From: Bacteroidales bacterium | GTDB lineage: Bacteria; Bacteroidota; Bacteroidia; Bacteroidales; F082 | Length of the DNA stretch: 64,000 nt | NCBI GenBank assembly: GCA_017965765.1 | Contig: JAGCPJ010000074.1 | Location: 2,272 to 66,271, forward strand | Direction: 5' to 3' | Shown: in pieces, positions 1 to 9,827 of the stretch | Numbering within the stretch: the stretch's first letter is position 1 | Layout of the letters: each line of letters begins with the position of its first letter | Program-made: the position numbers and the translations under genes | Notes under the pieces: generated by a model | Told to the model about the DNA's origin: nothing | What the model saw: only the letters and a program-made list of their open reading frames with translations | Database searches by the model: none

Positions 1-57
1 AGGTACCTTTTGCAGGTGCAAAGATACAGGTTTTTTCGTAACTGGCAATAGTTTTTG

Positions 58-1464
58 TTAAAATAATCCTCTGGCCGAGATTTTTAAGTAGTTCCAGCCT
101 ACGATGGCCATGAGTAGCAAGGCGCAATAGACATAGAAGAAGGGGAAGTCTTTTTTCCGGAACCTTTGCATGGCAAATGCCGCTAGCATCAAGATGCCGG
201 GCATGGCGGGCAACTGGTACCGCTCGCTCATCACGGCGAAAGAGAAGGCCATGAGCAGGATATAACCCAAGGTGAAGCTTCCTATCAGACTAAGGTTGCG
301 CCATTGGCGGTCCCTGAAGGCGACCACGATGCTCCACATCGCAAAGAAAGCCATGAAGTTCTTTATGAAATAGGCGCCGTTCATCATCTTTTGGGTGTCG
401 TTGGCGACTTCCACCAAGTTGCTTAATGGCAGGACAAAAGCGCCTGGAGCCAGCCATTTCCAGTTAGCAAATTCTGCATATTTCATCCCCAGTTGACGGT
501 ATTTCTCCACTAAATATCCGCTTTCCTTAACGTTGACTTTCAAAATGATGAGCATCTCACGCCCGATGGGTGTGAACAAAAATAGCAGGCCTAATGCGGC
601 TACCGCTCCCGTGACGATCCATCTGGTCTTGGTGTTCAGTTCTTCCTTCTTCTTGGCCCATACGGCCACTACGAAACTCAAAATGAGCAACATCCCGATG
701 ATGGTTCTGAAACCGAAAGCCATTGCCGTCAACAAGATGGGAAGGAAGATGTTCCAAAACGTAAATCTCTTGCTATGGAGCAAGTAGTCCATTCTTTCCA
801 AGGCAAAGGTGGCCACGAAAAGCATCTCGGTTTCCTTCAGATAGGTGCCGTTGTAATGGAGGAATTGGGGCAGGAATACCGCCATCACGGCAGCGAGCTT
901 TCCCGCTTTTTCTCCTAGGTTTCTTTGGGCGAGACGATAGATGAAAATGCAGGTAATGGCGCTCATGAGGGCCTTTAGCAATCGTGGAACGAGGATGTTC
1001 TTGTCCAGGGTGTAGAGGCCGGTCAGGTATAAGATATAGCCTTGATCGGAGAAACCCATCGTTTGGGCATTCAGTTCATGGAAGCCCTGTCGGAACTGTC
1101 CTTCTTTGAGGAGTGTTGAGAGGTAAGCCGCCCAACGGTGGTAACCCATACTGTCCGCAGCGTTGTATTCCAAACTGATGCCTGTTTGCCAATAATAGTA
1201 AAAAAGGATGGCGACCACATAGATCAATCTGATGGCGAATGCTGTCCAAAACACTTTTTTTGAAAATACCCTGCTGTTGTCGTGTTGCCAGCGTTGGTTG
1301 AAGACGTAGGTTAGCAAGAAGAAAAACAGCACGGCGCCAATACCCCAGGCCATCCATAGAGGCTTCAACGCTTGGTTTCTGAAGCAGAGGCTGACGATGA
1401 GCAACGACAGCAAGTAGATGCCGATGCCCATCCAGCAAAATAGTCGATGCAGTCGCCTTGGCAT
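58..1464 (-). CDS. polytopic membrane protein, GT-C (ArnT/PMT)-like glycosyltransferase fold (tentative)
   Basis: 468-aa uninterrupted ORF with about 12 hydrophobic helices and one larger loop. It is tightly packed against the next gene (1464/1467). Function is inferred from topology and size only. Confidence 0.5.
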   Translation of the reverse strand: MPRRLHRLFCWMGIGIYLLSLLIVSLCFRNQALKPLWMAWGIGAVLFFFLLTYVFNQRWQHDNSRVFSKKVFWTAFAIRLIYVVAILFYYYWQTGISLEYNAADSMGYHRWAAYLSTLLKEGQFRQGFHELNAQTMGFSDQGYILYLTGLYTLDKNILVPRLLKALMSAITCIFIYRLAQRNLGEKAGKLAAVMAVFLPQFLHYNGTYLKETEMLFVATFALERMDYLLHSKRFTFWNIFLPILLTAMAFGFRTIIGMLLILSFVVAVWAKKKEELNTKTRWIVTGAVAALGLLFLFTPIGREMLIILKVNVKESGYLVEKYRQLGMKYAEFANWKWLAPGAFVLPLSNLVEVANDTQKMMNGAYFIKNFMAFFAMWSIVVAFRDRQWRNLSLIGSFTLGYILLMAFSFAVMSERYQLPAMPGILMLAAFAMQRFRKKDFPFFYVYCALLLMAIVGWNYLKISARGLF

Positions 1465-1466
1465 GT

Positions 1467-2297
1467 TTAGTCGATGTCAATCAGAGGTCCTTTACCCGCC
1501 TTTTTGACCACTTTTTCGGGACGGATATTGAGTTTAGCCCTTTCGTTGCTTAAGTTGACCATATCGAGTCGCTCGAAACGATGCCAGAGGTACTCGTTGG
1601 TGAAGTTGAAATACTCGTTGTTGAGTTCATTGATAGTGGCGTGGTAGTCTTCCGTCAAGGTGTCTGAAACGGTTTCGAAACTGATAATGAGGCTGTCTCC
1701 AACAGGGAAATAGAGGTATTCAAACGGATGATAGATCGTATCTCGTTTGCCCTCCGTGTCTTTGGGATAGATGTGAACTTGGTAGCCTATGGTGTCGTCT
1801 GCGAAGTAGAGGTACCAATTGTGCATGTCTTCTTCGGTGTAGTAGTAGTACTCATGCCACGACTCGGGAATCACATGGTTGTAGTAGTCTTTGTCCCACC
1901 TTGTGTAATACCTTAAGAACCATAGTTTTTGTTCTATCAAGGAAATATCCACCCAGTTTTGGACTACAGGGATGTCTTTTTTGACTTTGCCGTCGGAGGA
2001 CTGCACGGTGAGCCGGGCTTCACGGTCGTGGCCGGAGGTGTTGCGCTCGGCGTTCACTTCGATGACCGTATTTCCTTTTTCGCCATTTTCCTGGCTTAAT
2101 GCAAACCACCCCGTCTCTCCGTTGTATTGGATGTTCCAACTGCAGTCGGCGTTGATGGAAAACACGTCGGTACCACCTAGGTAGTTGAAGGCGATTCTGT
2201 CTTTTTGGATTTCCAAATGGTGTTTTTTCCCGCAGGAGGTTGCCAAAACACTGAAGGCAAGGAGGATGATCACCATCCCAAGGGCTTGTTTTTTCAT
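1467..2297 (-). CDS. BACON-domain-like lipoprotein
   Basis: Start chosen at MKKQALGMVIILLAFSVLATSC (lipobox); the ORF track extends to 2327. The segment FNYLGGTDVFSINADCSWNI...GWFALSQENGEKGNTVIEVNAERNTSGHDREARLTVQS fits the BACON pattern. Confidence 0.6.
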   Translation of the reverse strand: MKKQALGMVIILLAFSVLATSCGKKHHLEIQKDRIAFNYLGGTDVFSINADCSWNIQYNGETGWFALSQENGEKGNTVIEVNAERNTSGHDREARLTVQSSDGKVKKDIPVVQNWVDISLIEQKLWFLRYYTRWDKDYYNHVIPESWHEYYYYTEEDMHNWYLYFADDTIGYQVHIYPKDTEGKRDTIYHPFEYLYFPVGDSLIISFETVSDTLTEDYHATINELNNEYFNFTNEYLWHRFERLDMVNLSNERAKLNIRPEKVVKKAGKGPLIDID

Positions 2298-2301
2298 GGG
2301 C

Positions 2302-2946
2302 TTATTGTTCTTCTTCGTCATACACATGGGCAGTCAGTTCCAGCGCTCCGAGGTATTCGCTGTTGCTGATGCGGTCTTCTTTTTTGTTGATGAATGCCAG
2401 ATAGGCGTGGAAGGTACCCGTAACGTTGTTGTCGAGCAGTTGCAGGCAGTATTTGTCTTTTCTGGTTTCTTTTTTGATTTCCCAGAAAGCGAGTTGCTGT
2501 TCGGGGCTATAGAGGAGCACAACGGCTTTGTCGTTTTCCTTGGCGCCAATGTCTGCGCTGTTGTCCTCCCACCGGAACACGGCCACATGGTCGCTGATGC
2601 TGGCGGTGGCTTTTTTGGCGGGCGAAAGGGTGCCTTCGGTGATCCTGACGTGGCTGAAGTCAAGCTCGTTTTCAACGAAGGCGGTGCGCATCAAACTGGA
2701 GGTGGCTGCCTGGTACGGGTTTTGGTTTTCCCTGCGTTCAACAAAGGCAATTCTCAGGAATTCTTTCAAGGGTTTCAGGAAGGCGTTGGCCTGTTGCATC
2801 TTGCCCCGTTGCTTGAGCTGACCCTCCGATTTCCGGTCGTTGGGGGTGGGTAAGGAACGGACATAGACACCGGTTTTTCCGTTGACGATGACCATCTTTC
2901 CGAGCTTGCCCGAGATCATCCCGTTGAAAATATTGACTTTGGCCAT
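2302..2946 (-). CDS. conserved hypothetical protein (DUF6266-like N-terminus, from memory)
   Basis: Start set at MAKVNIFNGMISGKLGKMVIVNGKTGVYVRSLP because a minus-strand TATCTTTG box lies about 20 nt upstream. The ORF track extends to 3003. Confidence 0.5.
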   Translation of the reverse strand: MAKVNIFNGMISGKLGKMVIVNGKTGVYVRSLPTPNDRKSEGQLKQRGKMQQANAFLKPLKEFLRIAFVERRENQNPYQAATSSLMRTAFVENELDFSHVRITEGTLSPAKKATASISDHVAVFRWEDNSADIGAKENDKAVVLLYSPEQQLAFWEIKKETRKDKYCLQLLDNNVTGTFHAYLAFINKKEDRISNSEYLGALELTAHVYDEEEQ

Positions 2947-2964
2947 GTTGTTTTTCTTTGACTG

Positions 2965-2972
2965 CAAAGATA
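2965..2972 (-). promoter_or_regulatory. Bacteroidota -7 box TAnnTTTG (TATCTTTG)
   Basis: The plus strand reads caaagata. It lies about 20 nt upstream of the ATG at 2946. Confidence 0.45.
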
Positions 2973-3142
2973 CATTTATTTTCATACAAAGCACTAAAAT
3001 CACCGGGGATTTCTCGTTTTTTCTCTTAAAATCTTAAAATTAAGCTTGTATTAAACTCAATACTACTTCGCTCTTTACCGAACGAGCTACGAAACAAAAC
3101 CGAAACAAATAAATTTTCATGAAAAGTATCAACAAAATCCAT

Positions 3143-3150
3143 TATCTTTG
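3143..3150 (+). promoter_or_regulatory. Bacteroidota -7 box TAnnTTTG (TATCTTTG)
   Basis: tatctttgcac lies 25 nt upstream of the ATG at 3175. Confidence 0.5.
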
Positions 3151-3174
3151 CACCTCATTTTTTAATTAAGGTGT

Positions 3175-6100
3175 ATGATTGAACGGATCGAGCGGTTTGT
3201 GAGGAAGTACTACTTCAACCGTCTGGTGCAAGGGGTGCTGATTGGCGCCGTGCTCTGGATGGTGTTCTTCCTCTTGGTGAACACCCTCGAGTATTTTTCC
3301 TGGTTCTCCTCCAACATCCGTTTGGTCCTCTTCATCCTCTTGCTCGCCGTCAGTGCCTTCGTGCTGGTGTTCTTCCTGGCGGTTCCCCTGGTCAACCTGA
3401 TCCGTTACCGAAAAAAGATGTCGGTGGAAACCGCCGCCCTGATGATCGGCCGGTTTTTCCCTGAGGTCCAGGACAAGTTGCTCAACACCATCCAGCTCTC
3501 TGAAGCTATGGCGAACGATGCTTCGAACGCCCTCCTCGCTGCCGCCATCGACCAAAGGACCCGTGAACTTAGTCCCATTCGTTTCACTGACGCCGTCAAC
3601 CTCAAGGAAAATCGTCGCTACTTTTGGGTCTTCCTACCCTTGGTACTGCTGTTGGTCTGCTTGGCCATCTTCCTTCCTCATTTTGCCGTGCAACCCACCC
3701 AACGGATCGTCAACTATGGGCAAACCTACCAGAAGCCCCTGCCCTTCCAGGTAAACTACGTTGCCGATACGTTGGAGACGAGCCAGGGCGTCGATCAGAC
3801 GTTTTCCATCCAGGTGGTCGGTGACCGTATTCCCGATGCCTTCTATGTCCAAAGCACCCTAGGCCGTCAGGTGTTCCAGAAACAGTCGGTCAACGATTTC
3901 AGCTATACCTTCAAGAATCCGAGGCACGACCTCTCTTTTCAGGTGGTCGGCGGTGAATACGTGAGTCCTCCCCTAGTCCTTAAGGTCCACCCTAATCCCG
4001 CACTCCTCTCCTATCAGTGCCAAGCCTCCTACCCTGCCTATATCCATCGTTCTCCGGAGGTCTTCGAGGGTAAGACGCGCTTGCTGGTCCCCCAGGGTTC
4101 CAAGTTGAAATTCTTGTTTGCCCTTCGCGATTGCGACTCGGCTTTCTTTGTGAAGGACTCTTTGACTACAGCCATGGCCGTCATGAAAGATGCGGCGGAC
4201 TACGACTTGGTCGCGGACCATTCCACCGACTTCGAATTCTTTGGTCACAATCGCTGGTCCCAACAGTTCGACCCCCTGCGTTTCACGGTCGAGGTTATTC
4301 CTGACGCCTATCCCGACATCCGGGTGGAATCCTACGACGAATCGCTTTCAACGGTGGTCTATTATTCGGGTTTGATCGCCGATGACTATGGGTTTACCAA
4401 GCTTACCTTCAACTGCCACATCAAACAACCGGTGGAAAAGAAGATCACCCTGCCGTTGGTGTTCGACCGTTCGCAAAACAGGACTTCGTTCTTCCATCAT
4501 TTCGATATGGATAGCCTGGGCATCCTTCCGGGACAGGACATGGAGGTGTATTTCGAAGTCTGGGACAACGACGGCTACCATGGTCCCAAGTCGAAACGCT
4601 CTCAGGTCTTTACCTACCACAAACCTTCTTCCGCAATGCTTGATTCGGTGGCTGACCAGTCGGAACAGGACATCCTCGATCGCATGTCGCAACGCGCCGA
4701 TGACGCCACCAAACTTCGCGATGATATCGAGAAGATGCTTCAAGAGCTGGCTTCCAAGAAGGAACTCGACTGGTCAGACAAAGAGAAGCTGAAGGAAATG
4801 CTTGAGAAGCAACAGCAAATTGAAGAGGAATGGAACCGGCTGCAAGAGGAGCAGGAGAAACTCAGCGACTTTTTGAAAGAACATGAACTCGCCAACGAAG
4901 AGCTGTTGCAGAAACAGGAAAAGATCAATGAGCTTTTTGAGGAGCTGATCCCGGAGGAGTTGAAGAAGATGATGGAGGAAATCGAGAAATTACTTGATGA
5001 GATGCCTCGTGACCAGATGCAGCAGATGCTTCAAAACCTAAAAAACAACAACCAGAAGATGCAGGATCTGCTTGATCGTAACCTTTCGCTTTTGGAACAG
5101 CTTCGGATGGAAAAGGAACTCAACGAGTTTATGGAGCAATTGAACCAACTCGGAGAGCAGCTGCAACAGGAAAATGAAGAGGAATCGATGTCTGCGGAAG
5201 AAGGCCAGCGCGAGTTTGATGCGCTGATGCAGCAATTTGACAGCCTTCAGCAGAAGAATGAACAGTTACAGGACCCGTTCGATCTTCAAAAAGACGAGCA
5301 GTTGGAGGAATCCATTGAGCAAGACCTTCAGGAGGCCATGGACATGGAACAGCAGCAAAACAATGCGGGTGGCCAACAGCCTCAAGGTGCCAAGCAGAAG
5401 AAAAAGAACGCTGGAAAGAAAATGCAGGAGATGGCTAATGCGATGATGATGCAGATGCAAATGGGCGGTATGGAACAGATGGCTGAGGACTCGCGACTGG
5501 TGAGGATCTTGCTGGAAAACGTGGTGCGCGCCTCTCACCAACAGGAGTCGCTGATGCATGATCTGGGTCGTATGAGGTCGGACGATCCTTCGCTGCGTCA
5601 GAAGATCGTCGAGCAGAAGGACCTCACGGATAATTTCACGATGATTCAGGACTCGTTGCGTGCCATGGCCTTAAGGCAGCCGGCCATTCAGAATTTCGTG
5701 TTTGATGAGTTGAAGGTGATCGATCGCCAAACGAGTGTCGCCCTGAAATACATGAATGACTTGCATCTCCCTGCTGCCGTGAGTAACCAACAGACGGCTT
5801 TGCGGTCCATGAACAACCTGGCATTGATGTTGGCTGAGTCGCTTGAGGACATGGAAAATGCGATGATGGCCATGGGTGGCGGTCAGAGTTGCAAGAAACC
5901 CCAAAGTGGCTCCACGGGTCAACAGATGAAGAACATGCAAGAACTGCAGCAGCAGCTTGGGGAACAGTTAAAACAACTCCAAGAAAAGATGCAGCAGCAA
6001 AATAGCGGGATGCCCTCTTCCCAACTTTCCGAGGAACTGGCTCGTATGGCTGCGGAGCAGGAGATGATCCGTCAGGGGATGCAGCAGATGCTCAAGGAGA

Positions 6101-6453
6101 TGAAAGAGAACGGTCAGCTCGGGGATGACGGTTTGAACCAGATCATCAAGGATATGGAGAAATTGGAAGAAGATCTCGTCAATAAAAGAGTTAACAAGAA
6201 AACCATTGAACGTAACCGGGAGATTTTGTCGCGGATGTTGGAGTCGGAAAAGGCCCAGCAAAAGCGCGACCAAGAGGAGAAGCGCAAATCCAATGAGTAC
6301 AAGGGCTCCCGTTTTGATCGTCATGTGGATGAATTGCTCTATCAGCAGCACTTGAAGAAGAACCAGGATTTCTTGGAACAAAACCCCATCCAATACTATC
6401 CTTACTACAAAGCGAAAATCAACGACTATTATTTAAAGAAAAACCTGAACTAG
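3175..6453 (+). CDS. large membrane-anchored coiled-coil protein, Q/E/M-rich (DUF4175-like, tentative)
   Basis: 1092-aa ORF with N-terminal TM helices (LIGAVLWMVFFLLV, LVLFILLLAVSAFVLVFFLAV, FWVFLPLVLLLVCLAIFL). Residues ~500-1050 are a long low-complexity E/Q/K/M coiled-coil region. The gene sits directly upstream of ybeY-mnmG. Confidence 0.7.
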   Translation: MIERIERFVRKYYFNRLVQGVLIGAVLWMVFFLLVNTLEYFSWFSSNIRLVLFILLLAVSAFVLVFFLAVPLVNLIRYRKKMSVETAALMIGRFFPEVQDKLLNTIQLSEAMANDASNALLAAAIDQRTRELSPIRFTDAVNLKENRRYFWVFLPLVLLLVCLAIFLPHFAVQPTQRIVNYGQTYQKPLPFQVNYVADTLETSQGVDQTFSIQVVGDRIPDAFYVQSTLGRQVFQKQSVNDFSYTFKNPRHDLSFQVVGGEYVSPPLVLKVHPNPALLSYQCQASYPAYIHRSPEVFEGKTRLLVPQGSKLKFLFALRDCDSAFFVKDSLTTAMAVMKDAADYDLVADHSTDFEFFGHNRWSQQFDPLRFTVEVIPDAYPDIRVESYDESLSTVVYYSGLIADDYGFTKLTFNCHIKQPVEKKITLPLVFDRSQNRTSFFHHFDMDSLGILPGQDMEVYFEVWDNDGYHGPKSKRSQVFTYHKPSSAMLDSVADQSEQDILDRMSQRADDATKLRDDIEKMLQELASKKELDWSDKEKLKEMLEKQQQIEEEWNRLQEEQEKLSDFLKEHELANEELLQKQEKINELFEELIPEELKKMMEEIEKLLDEMPRDQMQQMLQNLKNNNQKMQDLLDRNLSLLEQLRMEKELNEFMEQLNQLGEQLQQENEEESMSAEEGQREFDALMQQFDSLQQKNEQLQDPFDLQKDEQLEESIEQDLQEAMDMEQQQNNAGGQQPQGAKQKKKNAGKKMQEMANAMMMQMQMGGMEQMAEDSRLVRILLENVVRASHQQESLMHDLGRMRSDDPSLRQKIVEQKDLTDNFTMIQDSLRAMALRQPAIQNFVFDELKVIDRQTSVALKYMNDLHLPAAVSNQQTALRSMNNLALMLAESLEDMENAMMAMGGGQSCKKPQSGSTGQQMKNMQELQQQLGEQLKQLQEKMQQQNSGMPSSQLSEELARMAAEQEMIRQGMQQMLKEMKENGQLGDDGLNQIIKDMEKLEEDLVNKRVNKKTIERNREILSRMLESEKAQQKRDQEEKRKSNEYKGSRFDRHVDELLYQQHLKKNQDFLEQNPIQYYPYYKAKINDYYLKKNLN

Positions 6454-6454
6454 T

Positions 6455-6874
6455 ATGATTTGTTTTCATGTTCTCGATGTGGCTATGCCTGCCTTGGACT
6501 TTGACGAGGTACGTTCCTGGATCACGTCGGTGGTGACCGATGCAGGTTATCGTGTCGGTGAGTTGCATTATTATTTTTGCAGTGACGAGGCCTTGTTGGA
6601 GATCAATCGGCAACGCTTGGGTCATGATTTTTATACGGATATCGTGACTTTTCCTTTGGGGGACTGTGATGAGGTTATCTCCAGTGAATTCTGTTTGAGC
6701 TTGGATCGTATCCAAGAGAACGCTGAATCGTTTGGTCGTAGTTACGCGAGTGAATTGCATCGGGTGATCATTCATGGAGTGTTGCATTTGGTTGGGTTTG
6801 ACGATTTGACCGATGCTGAGGAGCAACAGATGCGTGAAAAAGAGGAAGAATGTTTGAAACATATATTTAAATAA
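6455..6874 (+). CDS. ybeY: rRNA maturation endoribonuclease YbeY
   Basis: 139 aa with the metal-binding motif HGVLHLVGFDD. Confidence 0.9.
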   Translation: MICFHVLDVAMPALDFDEVRSWITSVVTDAGYRVGELHYYFCSDEALLEINRQRLGHDFYTDIVTFPLGDCDEVISSEFCLSLDRIQENAESFGRSYASELHRVIIHGVLHLVGFDDLTDAEEQQMREKEEECLKHIFK

Positions 6875-6925
6875 TTAATAATCAACTAGATAGCTTTTTG
6901 TTTCACACGGAACACGAAATACACT

Positions 6926-8800
6926 ATGCTGTTTAAAGAATACGATATTATTGTTGTCGGTGCCGGTCATGCTGGTTGTGAAGCGGCTGCCGCTGCTGCG
7001 CATTTGGGAGATCGGGTCCTGTTGATCACGATGGATCTTCGCTTGTTTGCGTCTATGTCCTGTAATCCTGCTATGGGGGGTATTGCCAAGGGACAGATCG
7101 TTCGTGAGATCGACGCCTTGGGTGGCTTGGCTGGCGTGGTTTCTGATAAGACGATGATCCAATTCCGAATGTTGAACCGTTCTAAAGGTCCAGCGATGTG
7201 GAGTCCCCGATGCCAGAGCGACAAAATGATGTTTTCCGCTGAATGGCGTAGTCAATTGGAAAAGGTAGAGGGATTGGATTTTTGGCAAGATCATGTGGAC
7301 GGCTTGTTGTTTGAAGGTGACCGCATCTGTGGGGTTCATGCCTTTATGGGCGGCGACATCCATGCCAAGGCTGTGATCCTAACCAATGGCACCTTTTTGA
7401 ATGGATTGATTCATATTGGTGAGATGCACTTTTCTGGCGGTCGTATCGGGGAAGCTTCAAGTCACGGGATTTCAGAACAACTCAAGGAGAATGGTTTTGA
7501 AGTTAAACGTCTCAAAACCGGTACTCCGATGCGCATTTATGGTAGGACCATTGATTTTTCGAAATTAGTGGAGCAACCCGGCGATGATGAAGTTACGGGC
7601 TTTTCCTATTTGGATATCCCCAAAATCTCCCATCAAAGAAGTTGTTACATTGCTAGGACTTCGACTAAGGTTCATGATATCCTAAGAAAGGGTTTCCAAT
7701 ACTCACCCATGTTTACGGGTCGCATCCAAGGGGTGGGGCCCCGCTATTGTCCCAGCATCGAGGACAAGATCGAGCGGTTTGCCGACAAAGACTCCCATCA
7801 GCTGTTTGTGGAACCTGAGGGTTGGACCACACAAGAGTATTATCTGAATGGCTTTAGCTCTTCCTTGCCACAAGAAATCCAATATGAAGCGCTACAAGCT
7901 ATTGAGGGTTTTGAAAATGCAAAGATATTCCGTCCCGGGTATGCTATTGAATATGATTACTTCCCTCCGGAGCAACTGCATCATTCCTTGGAAACGCGTT
8001 TGATTCATGGATTGTTCTTTGCCGGACAGATCAATGGGACCACCGGTTACGAGGAAGCGGGCTGTCAAGGGCTGATGGCCGGTATCAATGCACACCTGAT
8101 GCTCCATGATGAAGCACCACTCGTGCTCTCTCGCTCTGAGGCGTATATCGGCGTATTGATTGACGATCTGATTACCAAAGGTGTGGACGAGCCCTATAGA
8201 ATGTTCACCAGCCGTGCAGAATACCGCATCCTCTTACGTCAGGACAATGCTGACACGCGACTGACCGAACGTTCCTATCGTCTTGGCCTGGCTACGGAAG
8301 AAAGATTCCAACGCTGTCTTTCCAAGAAAGCCAAAGTTGCTGAGATCGTTGACTATCTGAACAATACAAGCGTTACTCCTGAGGTTGTGAACGCCTTCTT
8401 GGCTGCCCATGACACCTCTCCCATTGCTCAAAAAGCCAAGCTGGGATACATCCTGCTGCGTCCACAATTGGGTTTGTTCGATATGATCCACGCCCTCCCC
8501 TTCCTTTCAGAACGTTATGATTTAAGCCAACCTTTCATGAGGGAATGTGTGCAGGAGGCGGAGATCTTGATTAAATATGATGGGTATATCACCAAAGAAT
8601 ATGATCTTGCGGAGAAGCTGAACCGTTTGGATTATGTTAAGTTGCCTGCTGATTTTGATTTCCATTCGTTGACTTCGCTCTCCTACGAGGCACGGGAAAA
8701 GTTGAATCGTTACCGTCCAACCACCCTTGGTCAAGCGAGTAGAATCAGTGGGATCTCCCCTGCTGATATTTCCGTATTAGCCATATTCTTAGGTAGATAG
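6926..8800 (+). CDS. mnmG: tRNA uridine 5-carboxymethylaminomethyl modification enzyme MnmG (GidA)
   Basis: 624 aa. N-terminal FAD fold YDIIVVGAGHAGCEAA. Conserved TGTPPR-like KTGTPMR and GPRYCPSIEDK motifs. Confidence 0.95.
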   Translation: MLFKEYDIIVVGAGHAGCEAAAAAAHLGDRVLLITMDLRLFASMSCNPAMGGIAKGQIVREIDALGGLAGVVSDKTMIQFRMLNRSKGPAMWSPRCQSDKMMFSAEWRSQLEKVEGLDFWQDHVDGLLFEGDRICGVHAFMGGDIHAKAVILTNGTFLNGLIHIGEMHFSGGRIGEASSHGISEQLKENGFEVKRLKTGTPMRIYGRTIDFSKLVEQPGDDEVTGFSYLDIPKISHQRSCYIARTSTKVHDILRKGFQYSPMFTGRIQGVGPRYCPSIEDKIERFADKDSHQLFVEPEGWTTQEYYLNGFSSSLPQEIQYEALQAIEGFENAKIFRPGYAIEYDYFPPEQLHHSLETRLIHGLFFAGQINGTTGYEEAGCQGLMAGINAHLMLHDEAPLVLSRSEAYIGVLIDDLITKGVDEPYRMFTSRAEYRILLRQDNADTRLTERSYRLGLATEERFQRCLSKKAKVAEIVDYLNNTSVTPEVVNAFLAAHDTSPIAQKAKLGYILLRPQLGLFDMIHALPFLSERYDLSQPFMRECVQEAEILIKYDGYITKEYDLAEKLNRLDYVKLPADFDFHSLTSLSYEAREKLNRYRPTTLGQASRISGISPADISVLAIFLGR

Positions 8801-8830
8801 CTCTTTGTTTCACGTGAAAAATGTTGTGTA

Positions 8831-9700
8831 ATGAATACTTGTCCTTGGTGCGGTACTCCTTCGAATAAGACCTACCTTTCGGTCAAAGACCATTTCCTTA
8901 GTCAAGAGTGTTTTGACGTTTTGGAGTGTGATCATTGTGGGTTGCTATTTACCGATCCACGACCTGATGCTTCGGTCATTGGTAAGTATTACAAGTCCGA
9001 GGAATACTACAGCCATCAGCAAAACAAATCTGGTTTTATCCCTCGGCTGTATGAACTGGTGAAAAAACCCAATTTGAATCGCAAAGTCAAGCTTGCTTTG
9101 GGCCAGCGTAGCGTTGGACGATTGTTGGATATTGGGTGTGGGGTTGGTGATTTCCTGGTCGCTGTGAAACAGCGTGGTTTCGACGTGGTCGGTGTGGAGC
9201 CCTCTCCTGATGCTCGTGCTATTGCGGCAACGAGACTTGGTTTCGCTCCTTTGGATCCCAGTGCGTTGTCCACCCTACCAGATGCCTCTTTCGATGTAAT
9301 CACGATGTGGCATGTGTTGGAACATGTGGATGACTTGAAAACAGAAATCGCTGAGCTGTCCAGGCTACTGGAACCCGATGGTTCATTGATTATTGCGCTT
9401 CCTAATTTCAAGTCGTTTGATGCCACTTATTACCAAGAAGCTTGGGCGGCTTGGGATGTCCCTCGGCATTTGAACCATTTTTCGCCTGCCTCCATCCGTA
9501 CCATCTTTGGTGAAACAGATCTTAAATTGCTTGATATTCAAAAACTTATATGGGATGCCTACTACATTTCCTATCTCAGTGAAAAGTATCTTGGGCACCG
9601 CCTTCCCCTAATCCGTGGTTTTGTTACCGGCCTTCGATCCAATGCTAAGGCTCGTCGGTCTGGTATGTATTCAAGTTTGGTTTATCGTTTTTGTAAATAA
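8831..9700 (+). CDS. class I SAM-dependent methyltransferase with N-terminal Cys4 zinc ribbon
   Basis: CPWCG...CDHCG ribbon, followed by SAM motif I LLDIGCGVGDF and an acidic loop. Confidence 0.8.
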   Translation: MNTCPWCGTPSNKTYLSVKDHFLSQECFDVLECDHCGLLFTDPRPDASVIGKYYKSEEYYSHQQNKSGFIPRLYELVKKPNLNRKVKLALGQRSVGRLLDIGCGVGDFLVAVKQRGFDVVGVEPSPDARAIAATRLGFAPLDPSALSTLPDASFDVITMWHVLEHVDDLKTEIAELSRLLEPDGSLIIALPNFKSFDATYYQEAWAAWDVPRHLNHFSPASIRTIFGETDLKLLDIQKLIWDAYYISYLSEKYLGHRLPLIRGFVTGLRSNAKARRSGMYSSLVYRFCK

Positions 9701-9827
9701 ATGCGTTTTGCCTAAATTTGCCCTTAATTTCGCTTCTATGCTATTTTCACCCTCGTTTTGAATCCACCTTCATTTTTTTCAAAATCGTTCAAATTTGGCC
9801 TTGTTTTTGTAAGTCAATAGAAATCAA

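Noticed and set aside
9713-9720. TAAATTTG box as the promoter for the histidine kinase
   Set aside because: It lies 108 nt upstream of the ATG with no supporting features, which is too uncertain to list as a feature.
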